Below, in pieces: positions 1-10,900 of a DNA stretch of 38,243 nt; position 1 is the first letter of the stretch; each line of letters begins with the position of its first letter. The DNA is from a virus. Taxonomy: Duplodnaviria; Caudoviricetes. The notes under the pieces are model-generated. The model was not told the origin of the DNA and searched no databases. It worked only from the letters and a program-made list of their open reading frames with translations. Location: the IMG/VR virus record IMGVR_UViG_3300032092_000100, positions 1 through 38,243 of that record. The stretch is one strand, 5' to 3'. Both the position numbers and the translations under genes were made by a program.

Positions 1-32
1 CAATCTTCTAAAATTGATGGATTATTGTTTGA

Positions 33-40
33 TACTTTTG
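33..40 (+). promoter_or_regulatory. Bacteroidota sigma70-type -7 promoter element (TACTTTTG) upstream of portal
   Basis: Matches TAnnTTTG, 10 nt before the portal ATG; TTG at 14-16 could be the -33 element. Confidence 0.6.
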
Positions 41-50
41 ATTACGATAT

Positions 51-2381
51 ATGAGCGAAATTACTGTACTTTGGCCAAAGGATGATATAGATCCTAAAAA
101 GAAAGATGGCAAATGGTTATCTCAAGTGGGCCATGCTATTTTTTATCGTTATGAAAATAATAAAACTTATTTTAGTAGGGCTGATATAGCTCGACTTTTT
201 GAGATCAGAAACTATAGTGAGGGTAGACAGAGTCCGCAGAAGTATATTGACATGTGGGCAAGTAGAGGTGACGAAAAAACAAAAGGACCAAAGGCAGGTG
301 GATCAACTGTAAATAGAGGTAGAAGAAAAGGTTATTCTAATATTGATTTCCAAATATTCTCAATGGCTCCTGAGCTAAAGAGAATTATACATTCGATTAT
401 TTCTACTGATGGACAAAGGATTCAAGCGGATTCAATTAACCCAGACATTAGAAATCAAAAATCATTAAACAAGTATAAGCTATATGTAAAGTCAAAAATG
501 GAGCCTCTTATGAAAGAGTTAGGTACTCCTCAAATGTCTGAAGAACAGTTTGTTCCGCAGAATATGACAGAGCTAGAGCTTTATGAAATTATGGGAGGTT
601 TTAAAATGTCATTTGAAGTTGGCATTGAGAAACTTGCCGAGTTTGGTTTCCAGGGAAGTGATTGGACTAAAATAGAAAAACAATTAAAAGATGATTGTTT
701 AAATTTTGGTTTTTGTGTGGTTAAAGACTATACGGATCCAGATACTGGAGCTGCAAAAGTTAAATATGTAGATGCTACAAAATTTGTTTGTGCATGGACA
801 GATGAATATCAAGGTGATAATTCTCCGTTTGGTGGACACTTTGAAAAATATAGTATACCTCAAGTAAGAAAGCTTCTTTTACAAAATGGATATAGTGAAG
901 AAGAAACTGAGTCTTTTGTAAATAAAGTAGCTCGTTTTGCCTATGATTCTATTGTGGCAAACGATAAATATGGATGGTCGTGGTATTCTCAAAGAGATAC
1001 TATTACAGATAGAATGAGATACGATGCTCTTTTCATTGATGTTTTAGAGTTTGAGTATATATCAAAGGACTCTAATTACTTTAAGAAGAAAAATAGAGAT
1101 GGTAATGTTCAATTTTACCCAGATAAATTCGGAGAATTTGTAAATACTGAAAAGAAAAAAACCGTTGTTATTGATGGGCATAATATTTACGAAGGAGTTT
1201 TTATACCTGGTGCTAATTTGACATTAGGAGGAAAGCAAAAGAATATGAAACGAATTAATAAACAACAACCGTTGTTGTCTTATCGTTTTGTAAAAATACC
1301 AGGAAAATCTATTACTGAAACCGCTATTCCTATTTATGATTCCATGCAAATCAATCACTTAAAGTTGCAGGCTGCTAAATTAGCTGCTGCTCCTAAAGGT
1401 ATTGCTATTGATATTGGAGCTTTGAATGTAAATAGTATTGGTGGCACTTTATATACTCCATTTGATTTAGTTCAAGTTTATTCTCATACAGGTAATTTCT
1501 TTTACAAATCTTCTCTACTAGGTGGAAAGGTTACGATGAATAAATCATTTGAGGAGCTTGAGGGAGGGGTTGGTAAGCAATTGTCAGAATGGATTGCTGC
1601 TTATCAGCATGACGTTGAAAAACTTTTACAGATTACAGGTATAACTCCTACAATTGCTGCATCTCCTGCAAAAGGTGAGAAGTTAGTAGGTGTTGCTGAA
1701 TTAGAAGTTGAGGCTACAAACAATGCATTGTGGCCATTACAACAGGCACTAGAGCAGATTAAAATAAAGGCTGCTCAAAACATGATACTCCGTGCTATTA
1801 CCACAATGAAATACGATGCCGCTACTAAAGATTATTATTCTGGAGTATTTGGTCAATCTACCATTGGTGCTATCATGACAGGTTCTGATTTGACACTTGA
1901 TGAGATGGGTATTAATTTATCTAATAAAATATCTCCAACTCAAAAATTCAAAATATTAGAAGCTGCTGAGACTGCGTTGAAAGTAGGTCGTAATGGTATG
2001 CCAGAGATTGAATTAGCCGACTATACCCTTATAGTGGACATGGTGGAGAAGGGAAGATTAAAAGAGGCCACATGGTATCTTAATTATAAGTCTGCTAAAA
2101 AGAGACAGTATAATGATCAAATGGCTGCTCAGAATCAACAGGCACAATCTCAATCTTTAATTGATCTTGAAAATCAGAAGATGATGAACAAGATTGAAAT
2201 TATTAAAGCAGAGACACAGGCTGAAATTGAAAAACAAGCTGCTTTAGCTGAAATTAGAATGAAAGAAAAGCAAATGGAGATACAGGCTAAAACAGAAGGT
2301 AATATTGAAGAGATTAAGACTGAGGCTTATTTGCAACAAGAAACAGGAACAGAGATTACTGGTTCAATTAGAAAAAGATAA
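51..2381 (+). CDS. Portal protein (crAss-like/phi14:2-type)
   Basis: 776 aa, first gene of the head module; motifs YVDATKFV, IAIDIGAL...YSHTGNFFYKS, QITGITP; Q/E/K-rich coiled-coil C-terminus typical of podoviral portals. Confidence 0.85.
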   Translation: MSEITVLWPKDDIDPKKKDGKWLSQVGHAIFYRYENNKTYFSRADIARLFEIRNYSEGRQSPQKYIDMWASRGDEKTKGPKAGGSTVNRGRRKGYSNIDFQIFSMAPELKRIIHSIISTDGQRIQADSINPDIRNQKSLNKYKLYVKSKMEPLMKELGTPQMSEEQFVPQNMTELELYEIMGGFKMSFEVGIEKLAEFGFQGSDWTKIEKQLKDDCLNFGFCVVKDYTDPDTGAAKVKYVDATKFVCAWTDEYQGDNSPFGGHFEKYSIPQVRKLLLQNGYSEEETESFVNKVARFAYDSIVANDKYGWSWYSQRDTITDRMRYDALFIDVLEFEYISKDSNYFKKKNRDGNVQFYPDKFGEFVNTEKKKTVVIDGHNIYEGVFIPGANLTLGGKQKNMKRINKQQPLLSYRFVKIPGKSITETAIPIYDSMQINHLKLQAAKLAAAPKGIAIDIGALNVNSIGGTLYTPFDLVQVYSHTGNFFYKSSLLGGKVTMNKSFEELEGGVGKQLSEWIAAYQHDVEKLLQITGITPTIAASPAKGEKLVGVAELEVEATNNALWPLQQALEQIKIKAAQNMILRAITTMKYDAATKDYYSGVFGQSTIGAIMTGSDLTLDEMGINLSNKISPTQKFKILEAAETALKVGRNGMPEIELADYTLIVDMVEKGRLKEATWYLNYKSAKKRQYNDQMAAQNQQAQSQSLIDLENQKMMNKIEIIKAETQAEIEKQAALAEIRMKEKQMEIQAKTEGNIEEIKTEAYLQQETGTEITGSIRKR

Positions 2382-2401
2382 AACAACACAAATAAATACA
2401 T

Positions 2402-3490
2402 ATGGAAAATAACACTGTTAATTTTTTTGATTATATCGGTGCGGCTAATGCAAAGCCATCCGATGCTACACCTGCTGAGAATGTAGCTACACAACAACAA
2501 GCTGAAGACACTTCTTCACAACAAGGAGAGAGTGATAGTAACTCTTCTGCACCAGAAGAGGCAACATTTAAGGCTTCTGATCTAAAAGCTATTTTTGGAG
2601 ATTTTGAAAATGTTGATTCTATTAAAGAAAAGTATTCTATGCTTTCTGAAAAAGCATTAAAGTATGATGAGTTCGAGCCTTTTATAAAGGATCAGGAAAC
2701 TCTTATGCAGCAATTAGAATCTCCTTTTGCTGATGATAGCTTGGCTAATTTAAATTCATTTATGAAGTCAACAGGTATCAAGGACATGGAAATTGCTAGA
2801 AAATTCATTGGTAAAAATGAAGATGATTTAAGAAATAGTCCTGTCCAAGTTATGGCATTATCTGAAGTTATTAAAGACCCAGACATGCTAAAAACAATGT
2901 CTTTTGAAGAAGTTTGTGAGGCTATTGCTGATGAGTATAACTGCGATGTTGATGTAGAGGGTCAGTATGCTCCTCGTACAATGAAGATGAAGTTAGGTAA
3001 ACATTTAGATGTTGTATCAGAAAAATTAAAAAATATTGGTGAGAATAAAGATTTTGTTGCATCTTTGCGTGGCAAGTTTGATGAGTTTAAACAAAACACT
3101 GAAAAACTTGTAAGTGATTGGAAGCCTATAGTTGAGCAAACAGCTAAGATTAACGATCTAGAGATTGAGGTTGAAGGTATTAAAGTTAAGACTGCGGTGT
3201 CGCAAGCCACTTTAGACCAATTGAACCAAGAACTCATGGGGATTATATCGGCCAACCCTTCACTACCAGACGAAAATAATGTTAATGCCATTAAGAATTA
3301 TGCACGGATGCGTGCAGAAGCTTTAGAGGCAAAGAACATTTATAAGGCACTCGTTCAAGCGGTTAGAGGGGAGTCCCAAGAAAAGGCCATGAAAGAGTTC
3401 CACAACGGAGCTGAAGTAGTGAAACAGGAGAGACCAAGTGGATCTAGCGAAAAATCTCAACTACAAAGGTATTTTGAATCACAGTATTAA
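2402..3490 (+). CDS. Putative capsid scaffolding/assembly protein
   Basis: 362 aa between portal and MCP; acidic disordered N-terminus, helical coiled-coil body. Confidence 0.65.
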   Translation: MENNTVNFFDYIGAANAKPSDATPAENVATQQQAEDTSSQQGESDSNSSAPEEATFKASDLKAIFGDFENVDSIKEKYSMLSEKALKYDEFEPFIKDQETLMQQLESPFADDSLANLNSFMKSTGIKDMEIARKFIGKNEDDLRNSPVQVMALSEVIKDPDMLKTMSFEEVCEAIADEYNCDVDVEGQYAPRTMKMKLGKHLDVVSEKLKNIGENKDFVASLRGKFDEFKQNTEKLVSDWKPIVEQTAKINDLEIEVEGIKVKTAVSQATLDQLNQELMGIISANPSLPDENNVNAIKNYARMRAEALEAKNIYKALVQAVRGESQEKAMKEFHNGAEVVKQERPSGSSEKSQLQRYFESQY

Positions 3491-3521
3491 TTTGATTTAC
3501 AAACCTTAATTTTTTACGAAA

Positions 3522-4949
3522 ATGTCTAATTTTTTTAACCCTGTATCTGGCGAAGGATTAAGCGGTGGCTTATTGTCACTTTTTGACGCTAGTTACACTA
3601 GTGGACTTTTGGTTCCACATTACTTGCGTACTTTGAAAAATAAGTATGGAGATAACGGTCTTTCTGACTTCCAACTTTTGATGGGTCTTGGAATGAAGCG
3701 TGGTGTTCAGAATACTACTGGATGGCACTGGGAAAAAGGTTTCTACGATACCGCTATTGCAGGTGTAGTAGCTACTACAGGTGCTAGCCAAGTTGTAATT
3801 ACTGTTACATCTCAAACTGTAAACTCTACTTATATTGATGAGATTTACGCTAAAATTGGTCAAGTTGTGATGTTTGCATCTGAAGCCACTTTACCATTAG
3901 GTCGTATTTCTAACGTAGTTAAGACTACAGTTCCTGGAGGTCCCGATACATTTGCTGTTACTGTTGACGCTGTTACTACTGGTACTTTATCAGTTCTTTC
4001 GGCTGCTGAGGCTGTAACCATGATTGTTGTTGGTTCTGCTTGGGCTGAAGGTACTGATCAACCAACTTCATCTCAGTCTTTCTGGCAGAAGTATGAGTGG
4101 ACAACTCAGATTTTCAAAGAAACTTATGAATTGACTGGTACTCAAAAAACCAACGCTCCTCAGTGGATGGAGATTGAATATGGTGATATGGGAACTAAGA
4201 AGATGAACGGTTTCTTCTACGAAGGACAAGATGAGGCTGAATACCGTTTGATTAAACAAATCGCTCTTTCTTTGATTTGGGGTAAGCAGACTAACAATAG
4301 TGCTGTTCCTCAAACAAGTACAGGTTTGGATTATGAAATCAGTCAGCGTGGTTATAACCACACAATCACAGGTGGTGCATTAGGTGTTGATGACCTTCGT
4401 GCTATTGCTACTGAGATGTCTAAGCGTTACTCTTCTAACTTGTTCTTAACTTGGTTGACTCAAGAATTATATTCTGAATTAAATCAAGATGCGAATTCTA
4501 CTAACTATTTTGGTAATGCTAACGTAAATGCATTAAATCAATCTTTGGCTGATGTTTTCTTCGGAGGTCAAATGAACGATGTTGAAGCGTTAACTGGTAG
4601 CCTTTCTTACCAAGGTTTAATCGTTGACGGTTATAACTTCTTAGTTAAGCAGGCTCGTTTCATGCAAGATCCTACCACTATGGGTGCTGTATCAACTAGC
4701 ACTCTTCGTGATCGTGGATGGGTTATTCCATTGAACAAGATGGCTGATGCTGAAGGTGTATTGCGTAACCGTATCGAATTGATCTACAAAGAAATGAACG
4801 GATATAGCCGCTTCATGGAAATCACTGACGATGGTCGTGCCTCTGCTCGTAAGATTGGATCTACAGACGTTGCTCGTTTGTATCTATCTTCTGACTTAGG
4901 ATTTGACTTCTTCACTCTAGAGCAATTCACTAGAATTATCCCTGCATAA
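3522..4949 (+). CDS. Major capsid protein (HK97 fold, crAss-like type)
   Basis: 475 aa; WHWEKG, GSAWAEGTDQP, TQIFKETYELTGT, SLIWG...TGL motifs; highly biased codon usage; followed by a terminator. Confidence 0.88.
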   Translation: MSNFFNPVSGEGLSGGLLSLFDASYTSGLLVPHYLRTLKNKYGDNGLSDFQLLMGLGMKRGVQNTTGWHWEKGFYDTAIAGVVATTGASQVVITVTSQTVNSTYIDEIYAKIGQVVMFASEATLPLGRISNVVKTTVPGGPDTFAVTVDAVTTGTLSVLSAAEAVTMIVVGSAWAEGTDQPTSSQSFWQKYEWTTQIFKETYELTGTQKTNAPQWMEIEYGDMGTKKMNGFFYEGQDEAEYRLIKQIALSLIWGKQTNNSAVPQTSTGLDYEISQRGYNHTITGGALGVDDLRAIATEMSKRYSSNLFLTWLTQELYSELNQDANSTNYFGNANVNALNQSLADVFFGGQMNDVEALTGSLSYQGLIVDGYNFLVKQARFMQDPTTMGAVSTSTLRDRGWVIPLNKMADAEGVLRNRIELIYKEMNGYSRFMEITDDGRASARKIGSTDVARLYLSSDLGFDFFTLEQFTRIIPA

Positions 4950-4965
4950 TTTTAGGAAAAACAAT

Positions 4966-5000
4966 AAAAAAGGTGGGGGCTTAAAACCCCTGCCTTTTTA
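4966..5000 (+). terminator. Rho-independent terminator after MCP
   Basis: AAAAAGGTGGGG-loop-CCCCTGCCTTTTT stem (two G-U pairs) with A and T tails. Confidence 0.8.
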
Positions 5001-5028
5001 AAATTTAACACACAAAAAAATAAAACAT

Positions 5029-5892
5029 ATGTTATTCGTAGACAATGAAAAATTTGCATTGGGAGAAGATGAGATTAACCAATTAAAATCCGTATTCCCT
5101 AATTTCATTAAAAAAAATGAGCCTGTAAGAGTTACTTATAACGAAAGCTCAGTAAAAAAAATAGCAACTAATAATCCTAATCAACCTTGGGTTTTTTCTA
5201 AACCAACTCATGGGCTACCATTATCTTATAATTGGGTTGACGATGAGACTGGAGAACAAAGAGAGATTAGATATTCTGATGGACCTCCGACATATATGTC
5301 TGATGGAAGAAAAATATTTGCTAAGAAAACAAAGGTTATAAACAACTCTCTTGTTTTCACATCTAAGGATAAAGAGCTATTGTGGTTTTGCTATAACTTT
5401 TCTAAAATGTTTTCAAATGGCAAGAATGGTAATACAGCATCTCCATATAAATTCTTAATGCCAGACAAGGAAATTACTCAGAAGGCATTTGATATATTGA
5501 AAGACGCTAGAGCTAAGGCTGCTGTAGGTTCTTTGAATACAGAGCAATTACATAAGCTTGCCGTTGCTTCTTCAATAGTATTTAACGAAGATGATTCAAA
5601 TGAGATTATCATAGGTCATATCTTCTCAAGAATGGAGAAAAATGTGCAATATAGAGAGTACATTTACGATCAATTTACTCCTGTAAAGAGCAATGATGTT
5701 TCGGAAATGGTTGAAAAGGCAATTAATGCTGAGTTAATGTTCCCAAGTATTGACGGAGAGCGTACTGTTGTCGTATCAAACGGAAAAGAGGTTGTTATTG
5801 CCGAAATTCCAATCGAAAACAAAGAGGCTTTAATTGAATTTATAACTAAGGACAAGAAGGCACAAAAGCTGTTAGAAAGAACCCTTAACTAA
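5029..5892 (+). CDS. Conserved phage protein downstream of MCP (putative structural/assembly protein)
   Basis: 287-aa ORF with A-rich start context; position matches the gene after MCP in crAss-like heads. Confidence 0.55.
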   Translation: MLFVDNEKFALGEDEINQLKSVFPNFIKKNEPVRVTYNESSVKKIATNNPNQPWVFSKPTHGLPLSYNWVDDETGEQREIRYSDGPPTYMSDGRKIFAKKTKVINNSLVFTSKDKELLWFCYNFSKMFSNGKNGNTASPYKFLMPDKEITQKAFDILKDARAKAAVGSLNTEQLHKLAVASSIVFNEDDSNEIIIGHIFSRMEKNVQYREYIYDQFTPVKSNDVSEMVEKAINAELMFPSIDGERTVVVSNGKEVVIAEIPIENKEALIEFITKDKKAQKLLERTLN

Positions 5893-5912
5893 AATTCTAT
5901 ATATAATTTCTT

Positions 5913-5945
5913 AAATGGGGTACATTTTGTACCCTATTTTTTTTT
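5913..5945 (+). terminator. Rho-independent terminator
   Basis: ATGGGGTAC-ATTTT-GTACCCTAT followed by a long T run. Confidence 0.75.
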
Positions 5946-5952
5946 ATCTTCG
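5945..5952 (+). promoter_or_regulatory. -7 promoter variant TATCTTCG for the tail operon
   Basis: TAnnTTCG variant immediately after the terminator, 22 nt before the ATG at 5975. Confidence 0.5.
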
Positions 5953-5974
5953 TATCATAAAATAATTAGGTCTA

Positions 5975-6619
5975 ATGGCTACACTCAATAATATTGGAGA
6001 TATATATGATCAGCTTTTAAATAAGTTAGGTAAAGATGCTTTTGGTAACTTGGTTACTCCAGAAGCTTTTAACCAAGCTGCTGCATATGTTAATATGGAG
6101 AAGCTAAATGACTTCTTAGAAGTTTCTTCTCAAGATAGAGAAATTGTTGATGACCTTAGACCATTTGCTAAGACAACTACTCTTTCAGTTAACCCTTCAA
6201 CAAATGAAGTTTTAACTCCTGGAGATTATATAGCCTATATACAATTAGTTGTGCAAGGCACTTTGAGACAAATAGAGATGTTGACTTGGGAGGATTATGC
6301 ATATAGACTTTCTACTTCGTTGTACTACCCTACAACTGATAGACCTATTGCGACCATACAAGATGATGGTATATTTGTAGCCCCTAACTTAACTAATGTT
6401 ATTTTAACCTATGTAAGAGAGCCTCAAACTCCAGAATATGGTTACACAATTGACCCATTAACAGGTCTTCCTGTTTATGATCCATTAACAAGCACTCAGT
6501 TTGAATATCCTGTCGATGTTTATCCTGATCTTGTAAATATGTTATATAAATATTTTGCTATTAACATCAAAGATTTTAATAGCCTTCAAACAGTAGAAAT
6601 AGAAAAAGGTAGACCATAA
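5975..6619 (+). CDS. Tail ring / head-tail connector protein
   Basis: 214 aa; VTPEAFN, LTYVREPQTPEYGY, YDP..STQFEYP pattern seen in crAss-like ring proteins; synteny. Confidence 0.65.
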   Translation: MATLNNIGDIYDQLLNKLGKDAFGNLVTPEAFNQAAAYVNMEKLNDFLEVSSQDREIVDDLRPFAKTTTLSVNPSTNEVLTPGDYIAYIQLVVQGTLRQIEMLTWEDYAYRLSTSLYYPTTDRPIATIQDDGIFVAPNLTNVILTYVREPQTPEYGYTIDPLTGLPVYDPLTSTQFEYPVDVYPDLVNMLYKYFAINIKDFNSLQTVEIEKGRP

Positions 6620-7221
6620 TGACTAAAAGACAACTAGTTGAATTGATACAGGAACGTCTCGCAAGCGGTGACGTACCTAACGATATTATGGGTAGATATA
6701 AATATCAAACCGTTGTTGCTTTGTTAGACATCGTTTATCAAGAGACGGCAAGTGTTGATATAAATGCCTTAGGAACTATGGTTGAGCCATATGCTTTGCC
6801 AGTTCTTGTTACAGGAACTCAATACTATAGTGATTTAAATGTCTCCCCTGCTTATGGACCAATGAGCGTTAAGTATGCTATTGATTATGGAGAGGAGGGT
6901 GACACTATATTCTATTCTCGTCAGAGCGATGATCAGAACTTGTTTTTGAATAGAATTAAGAACATGTCAAAGCCAGAGTTTTATGTTCGTGATAAACGAG
7001 TTTTGTGGACAAGCGATCCAGGATCTGTAAACGTAACATATTTTATAATACCTGCATTCTTGTCAATGAGCGATACTCAAGAGATTGTTGTTCCTACTAC
7101 TATTGGAGCTTTAGCTACTCGTGTTATAGAATTGATTAGATCTACAGATACTCGTGCTGAGGAAGTAATTGCTGATTTGGCAGAAGATAACAACCCAAAA
7201 CCTACTAAATATTCTGAATAA
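6619..7221 (+). CDS. Putative tail ring/structural protein
   Basis: 200 aa, TAATG-coupled to its neighbours in the tail operon. Confidence 0.55.
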   Translation: MTKRQLVELIQERLASGDVPNDIMGRYKYQTVVALLDIVYQETASVDINALGTMVEPYALPVLVTGTQYYSDLNVSPAYGPMSVKYAIDYGEEGDTIFYSRQSDDQNLFLNRIKNMSKPEFYVRDKRVLWTSDPGSVNVTYFIIPAFLSMSDTQEIVVPTTIGALATRVIELIRSTDTRAEEVIADLAEDNNPKPTKYSE

Positions 7222-7940
7222 TGCCTCCAGTTAAAAATATAGAATACGTTATACAAACAGCTTTAAACCGTGTTAAAGGTCAAGCTACAGATATTCCTCG
7301 TTTAGAGCAGATAGCTATAGAGTGGATGAGCGAGGTTATTCGTGGAACTACAGCTTTTCCTTGCTTGAAAGTTACGCATATAACTCTTAATGCTAATGCA
7401 CAGGCAACCATACCCTCTGACTGTATGAGGGTCACAAAGATTGCCTTGAATAAAGGCGGTAGATTGTATTCTTTAGGACTAGATCCGCTTCTAACATTAA
7501 TTGATGAGGGTGGTACTCCTGGAGGGCCAGAAGATGGAAACGGATTTTATTTCATAGACCACTCGTGGAATGGGGTTTATTATCCTGCCCTTTTTGCTTC
7601 TGGAGGGGGATTTGCAGAGGCGTATTATAGAATATACCCTGACAATCAGACCATTCAGTTGAGTAATAATGTGTTTGGTGGAGAAATTGTTTTAGAGTAT
7701 TTAAGTACAGGTAACGATATAACGAGTGCTACATTAGTGCCTCATTATTATATTGAGCCTATGCGTAATTACATTATTTGGCAATTAGCTGAGTTTGAGC
7801 CTCAGAAATATCCATTTAATGCAAAAGATAGAGAAAGAATTTACACTGAATCAATGGCTGATGCTGCTATGTCTACAGGTAATACAATTGATGAATTGCT
7901 TGACGCTTACTACTCAGCTCCTGGTTTGAAATTAAGATAA
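7221..7940 (+). CDS. Putative tail ring/structural protein
   Basis: 239 aa; IPSDCMRVTKI and IVLEYLSTG...VPHYYIEPMRNYI motifs as in connector/ring proteins; TAATG coupling. Confidence 0.6.
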   Translation: MPPVKNIEYVIQTALNRVKGQATDIPRLEQIAIEWMSEVIRGTTAFPCLKVTHITLNANAQATIPSDCMRVTKIALNKGGRLYSLGLDPLLTLIDEGGTPGGPEDGNGFYFIDHSWNGVYYPALFASGGGFAEAYYRIYPDNQTIQLSNNVFGGEIVLEYLSTGNDITSATLVPHYYIEPMRNYIIWQLAEFEPQKYPFNAKDRERIYTESMADAAMSTGNTIDELLDAYYSAPGLKLR

Positions 7941-7946
7941 TAAATT

Positions 7947-10900
7947 ATGTATTCATTGTCCAATTTTTTTAACGGTGGGATGAACACCGATGATGAAGAT
8001 CGTCTAGTACCTATTGGAGATTATAGATCAGCTGCTTATTCAAGGAGCTACTCCGTTGGTACAAGTGATAATGGAGCTTTACAGTCAATGACTGGTAATT
8101 TATTAATAGAAAATCCAGATTTACCTAGGGGTAAGAATGTAATTATAGGCAGCTGCGAAGATATTGAAGGGAAGGGGTATAAGGCAGGTAATTTAATATT
8201 ATTTTCATGGAACTCTGAAGGTAATCATTCAATATGGAGATATAATGTTGTTGGTCAAGAATATCAGCTTATACTTCAAGATAGTATATTAAATTTTAAA
8301 CTGCAAAATAGAATATATCATGCGGCAGTAGTTGATGGTTTACTTTATTGGACAGACAATTATTTTAATTCTTATGAATTAGATCCTACTGGATTGCCAG
8401 ATTTTAATCCTCCACGCAAGATCAATATACAAAAGGCAATATTATATACAGAAAGCGGAGGAATTGATCCAGAGGGTTATTCTGAAATTACATTTGATAA
8501 TTTAGATTGGATTAAACATCCACCATTGTTTTCTCCAACAGGTCAATACATAACAGATACTACAGAATCAGCTAACAACTTAAAGAATAAATTATTCCAA
8601 TTTAGATATCAATATATTTATGATGACAAAGAAGAATCTGCATGGTCTCCTATATCGGATTTATTTCTCCCTAATGAAAGTGAGTATATATCTGGGACAA
8701 CTAATATAGATCCATATATTGATAACACGATTCGCTTAAATATAAGCACAGGATCTTCAATAGCCAAAATAATCAGGGTTGCGTATAGAATTGGCAACAA
8801 CTCAGAGTTTTTCTTGTACAAAGAGTTTATAAAATCAGAGCAAGGTTGGGCTGATTATTCTAATGTAACTGTAGACTTTAAAAATGAGACTGCTGGGGTC
8901 CCAATTAGCAACTCAGAACGGAATTATGACTTAGTGCCTCAGATTGCAAAATGCGTTGAGTATTTGCCGTCTAATGAGTTTGCGATGGGTAATATAATAG
9001 AGGGTTATGATAAGCCAGATTTAACAGATGTTAATTTTGACTTTGATATAAATATTAATACTATAGATAACACGGCTTTTACCGCTCCACTAGCTGACTT
9101 TATTAATATACCTTACCTAGGAACGAGACGTAATATTATTAGTTTAAGTAATGTTAAAGGACAATTTTTTTTAAAATATAGATTTGAACCTGGTGATATA
9201 TTGATACTGCAATTAAAGCAATCATCGGCAACAGCAGGTGCTAATAATAATTTATTGACTCCAGACCCTGTTTTGTATTACACAATTCCAGCTGTAGATG
9301 GAACAGTTTATAATACAGATTTATTAAAAATTCTATATGTAACTCAGGATTTATTAAGTTTTCTTAATTCAAATGGTATTGCAGCGACTATTGGATCGCC
9401 ATTTACATATGATGGTAATTTAGTTAACTGGCCTACTATTGATTTGATTTATAATACTTGGTATAATCAAACTGATTGGCAATTAGAGCCATCAAATACA
9501 GAGTCATATAGTTTAAATATAAATGTGTTGAGGATTAATAATGCTAAAAGAACCTTTAAAACAGGGGCTACGCATGAGTTTGCAATTCAGTATTATGACA
9601 GGGCTAATCGTGATGGAACTGTATTAACTATACCTACAGGAAGTGTTTACAATCCTTTTTATTACGATTATCAAGATAGTTACTTAAATAACATATGTTC
9701 GTTGAGAAGAAAACCCTTCTATACAACTATGCAAATGACTATTCCAGATGATTTTCAACCACCTGTTTGGGCTACAAATTACCAAATACTGTATAAGCCT
9801 TCTACTAATATTGCTAATTTCCAACAAAGATCAGTAATTAAGGCAACTTACAACCCAGATACTACGGTTAAATTATTTCTAGATAATTATTACAAGCCTA
9901 ATTACGAGGGAGCTTCAATTAATCAAACTCCTTCGAAAGGGGACTTTGTTCGTTTTGTAAGAAAGAGAGCCTTGTTTACTAAGGAAAATGCTCTTCTAAT
10001 ATCTAATGGACTTAATTTAGGATCTATAACTAGACCTTTAAATCCTACATTATTAGACACATATTATTTCTTGTTTGAGTCCAATCCTCCGACAAATGAC
10101 CATTTAACTGTAATATGTGACCCTACAGGAGCTTTCTCACCACCTGGTGCATTTACAACTGTCGGTGTAACTAATTATAGGTTTGAATTTAATTCACAGT
10201 TTACTTTAAGTTGGGATTTAGGATATGCAACTCCAACATCTGCAACTGTTCAATTTGTTTTATACAATACTTCTACAGGGGCATTTATTGGAACTTTAAG
10301 TTCTAATGTTTATACTACCCTTACAAATGGAATGACCATTAATATAAATGGTGTAACGCCATTTCTATCTTTAGCCGCAGGGATAAATGTTTCGTATGGA
10401 GTAGCTGTTGAATTTGCAGGAGGTGTGGGTGCTTATGCCCCAAATGCTACATTGAACTTTTCTAGTTACACAATGAGTGTGTATAAAAACAATGTGGACT
10501 ACGATGATTATAATTATTATCCAAGTTATGTAACAAATACAGACGAGATAAATTATGAGTTGAATGTTTTATCATATAATCCAGGTGATGAAAACGAAGG
10601 TGAGTCAATTACAGTAAATTATTTTGATATTTCTTTACTTGGGGATTATTTATTTTATACAGGTAATAATAGCCGTAGAGGATTTGCATCTGGAGGGTTT
10701 CAGATAGAAATATACACGCCTAAAAAAGAAAGTGAAAATGATCCTTGGTATGAGACAGGAATTGAATGGGATATTATAGATCCTCATACACAAAATAGAA
10801 GACATGATGGAGATACAGCACAGGTATTAAATACAACTAATGCTGTTGTTGATTTAGATTGTGGAGACGTGTATATTAGGCAGAGAATTATGGCAACTGG

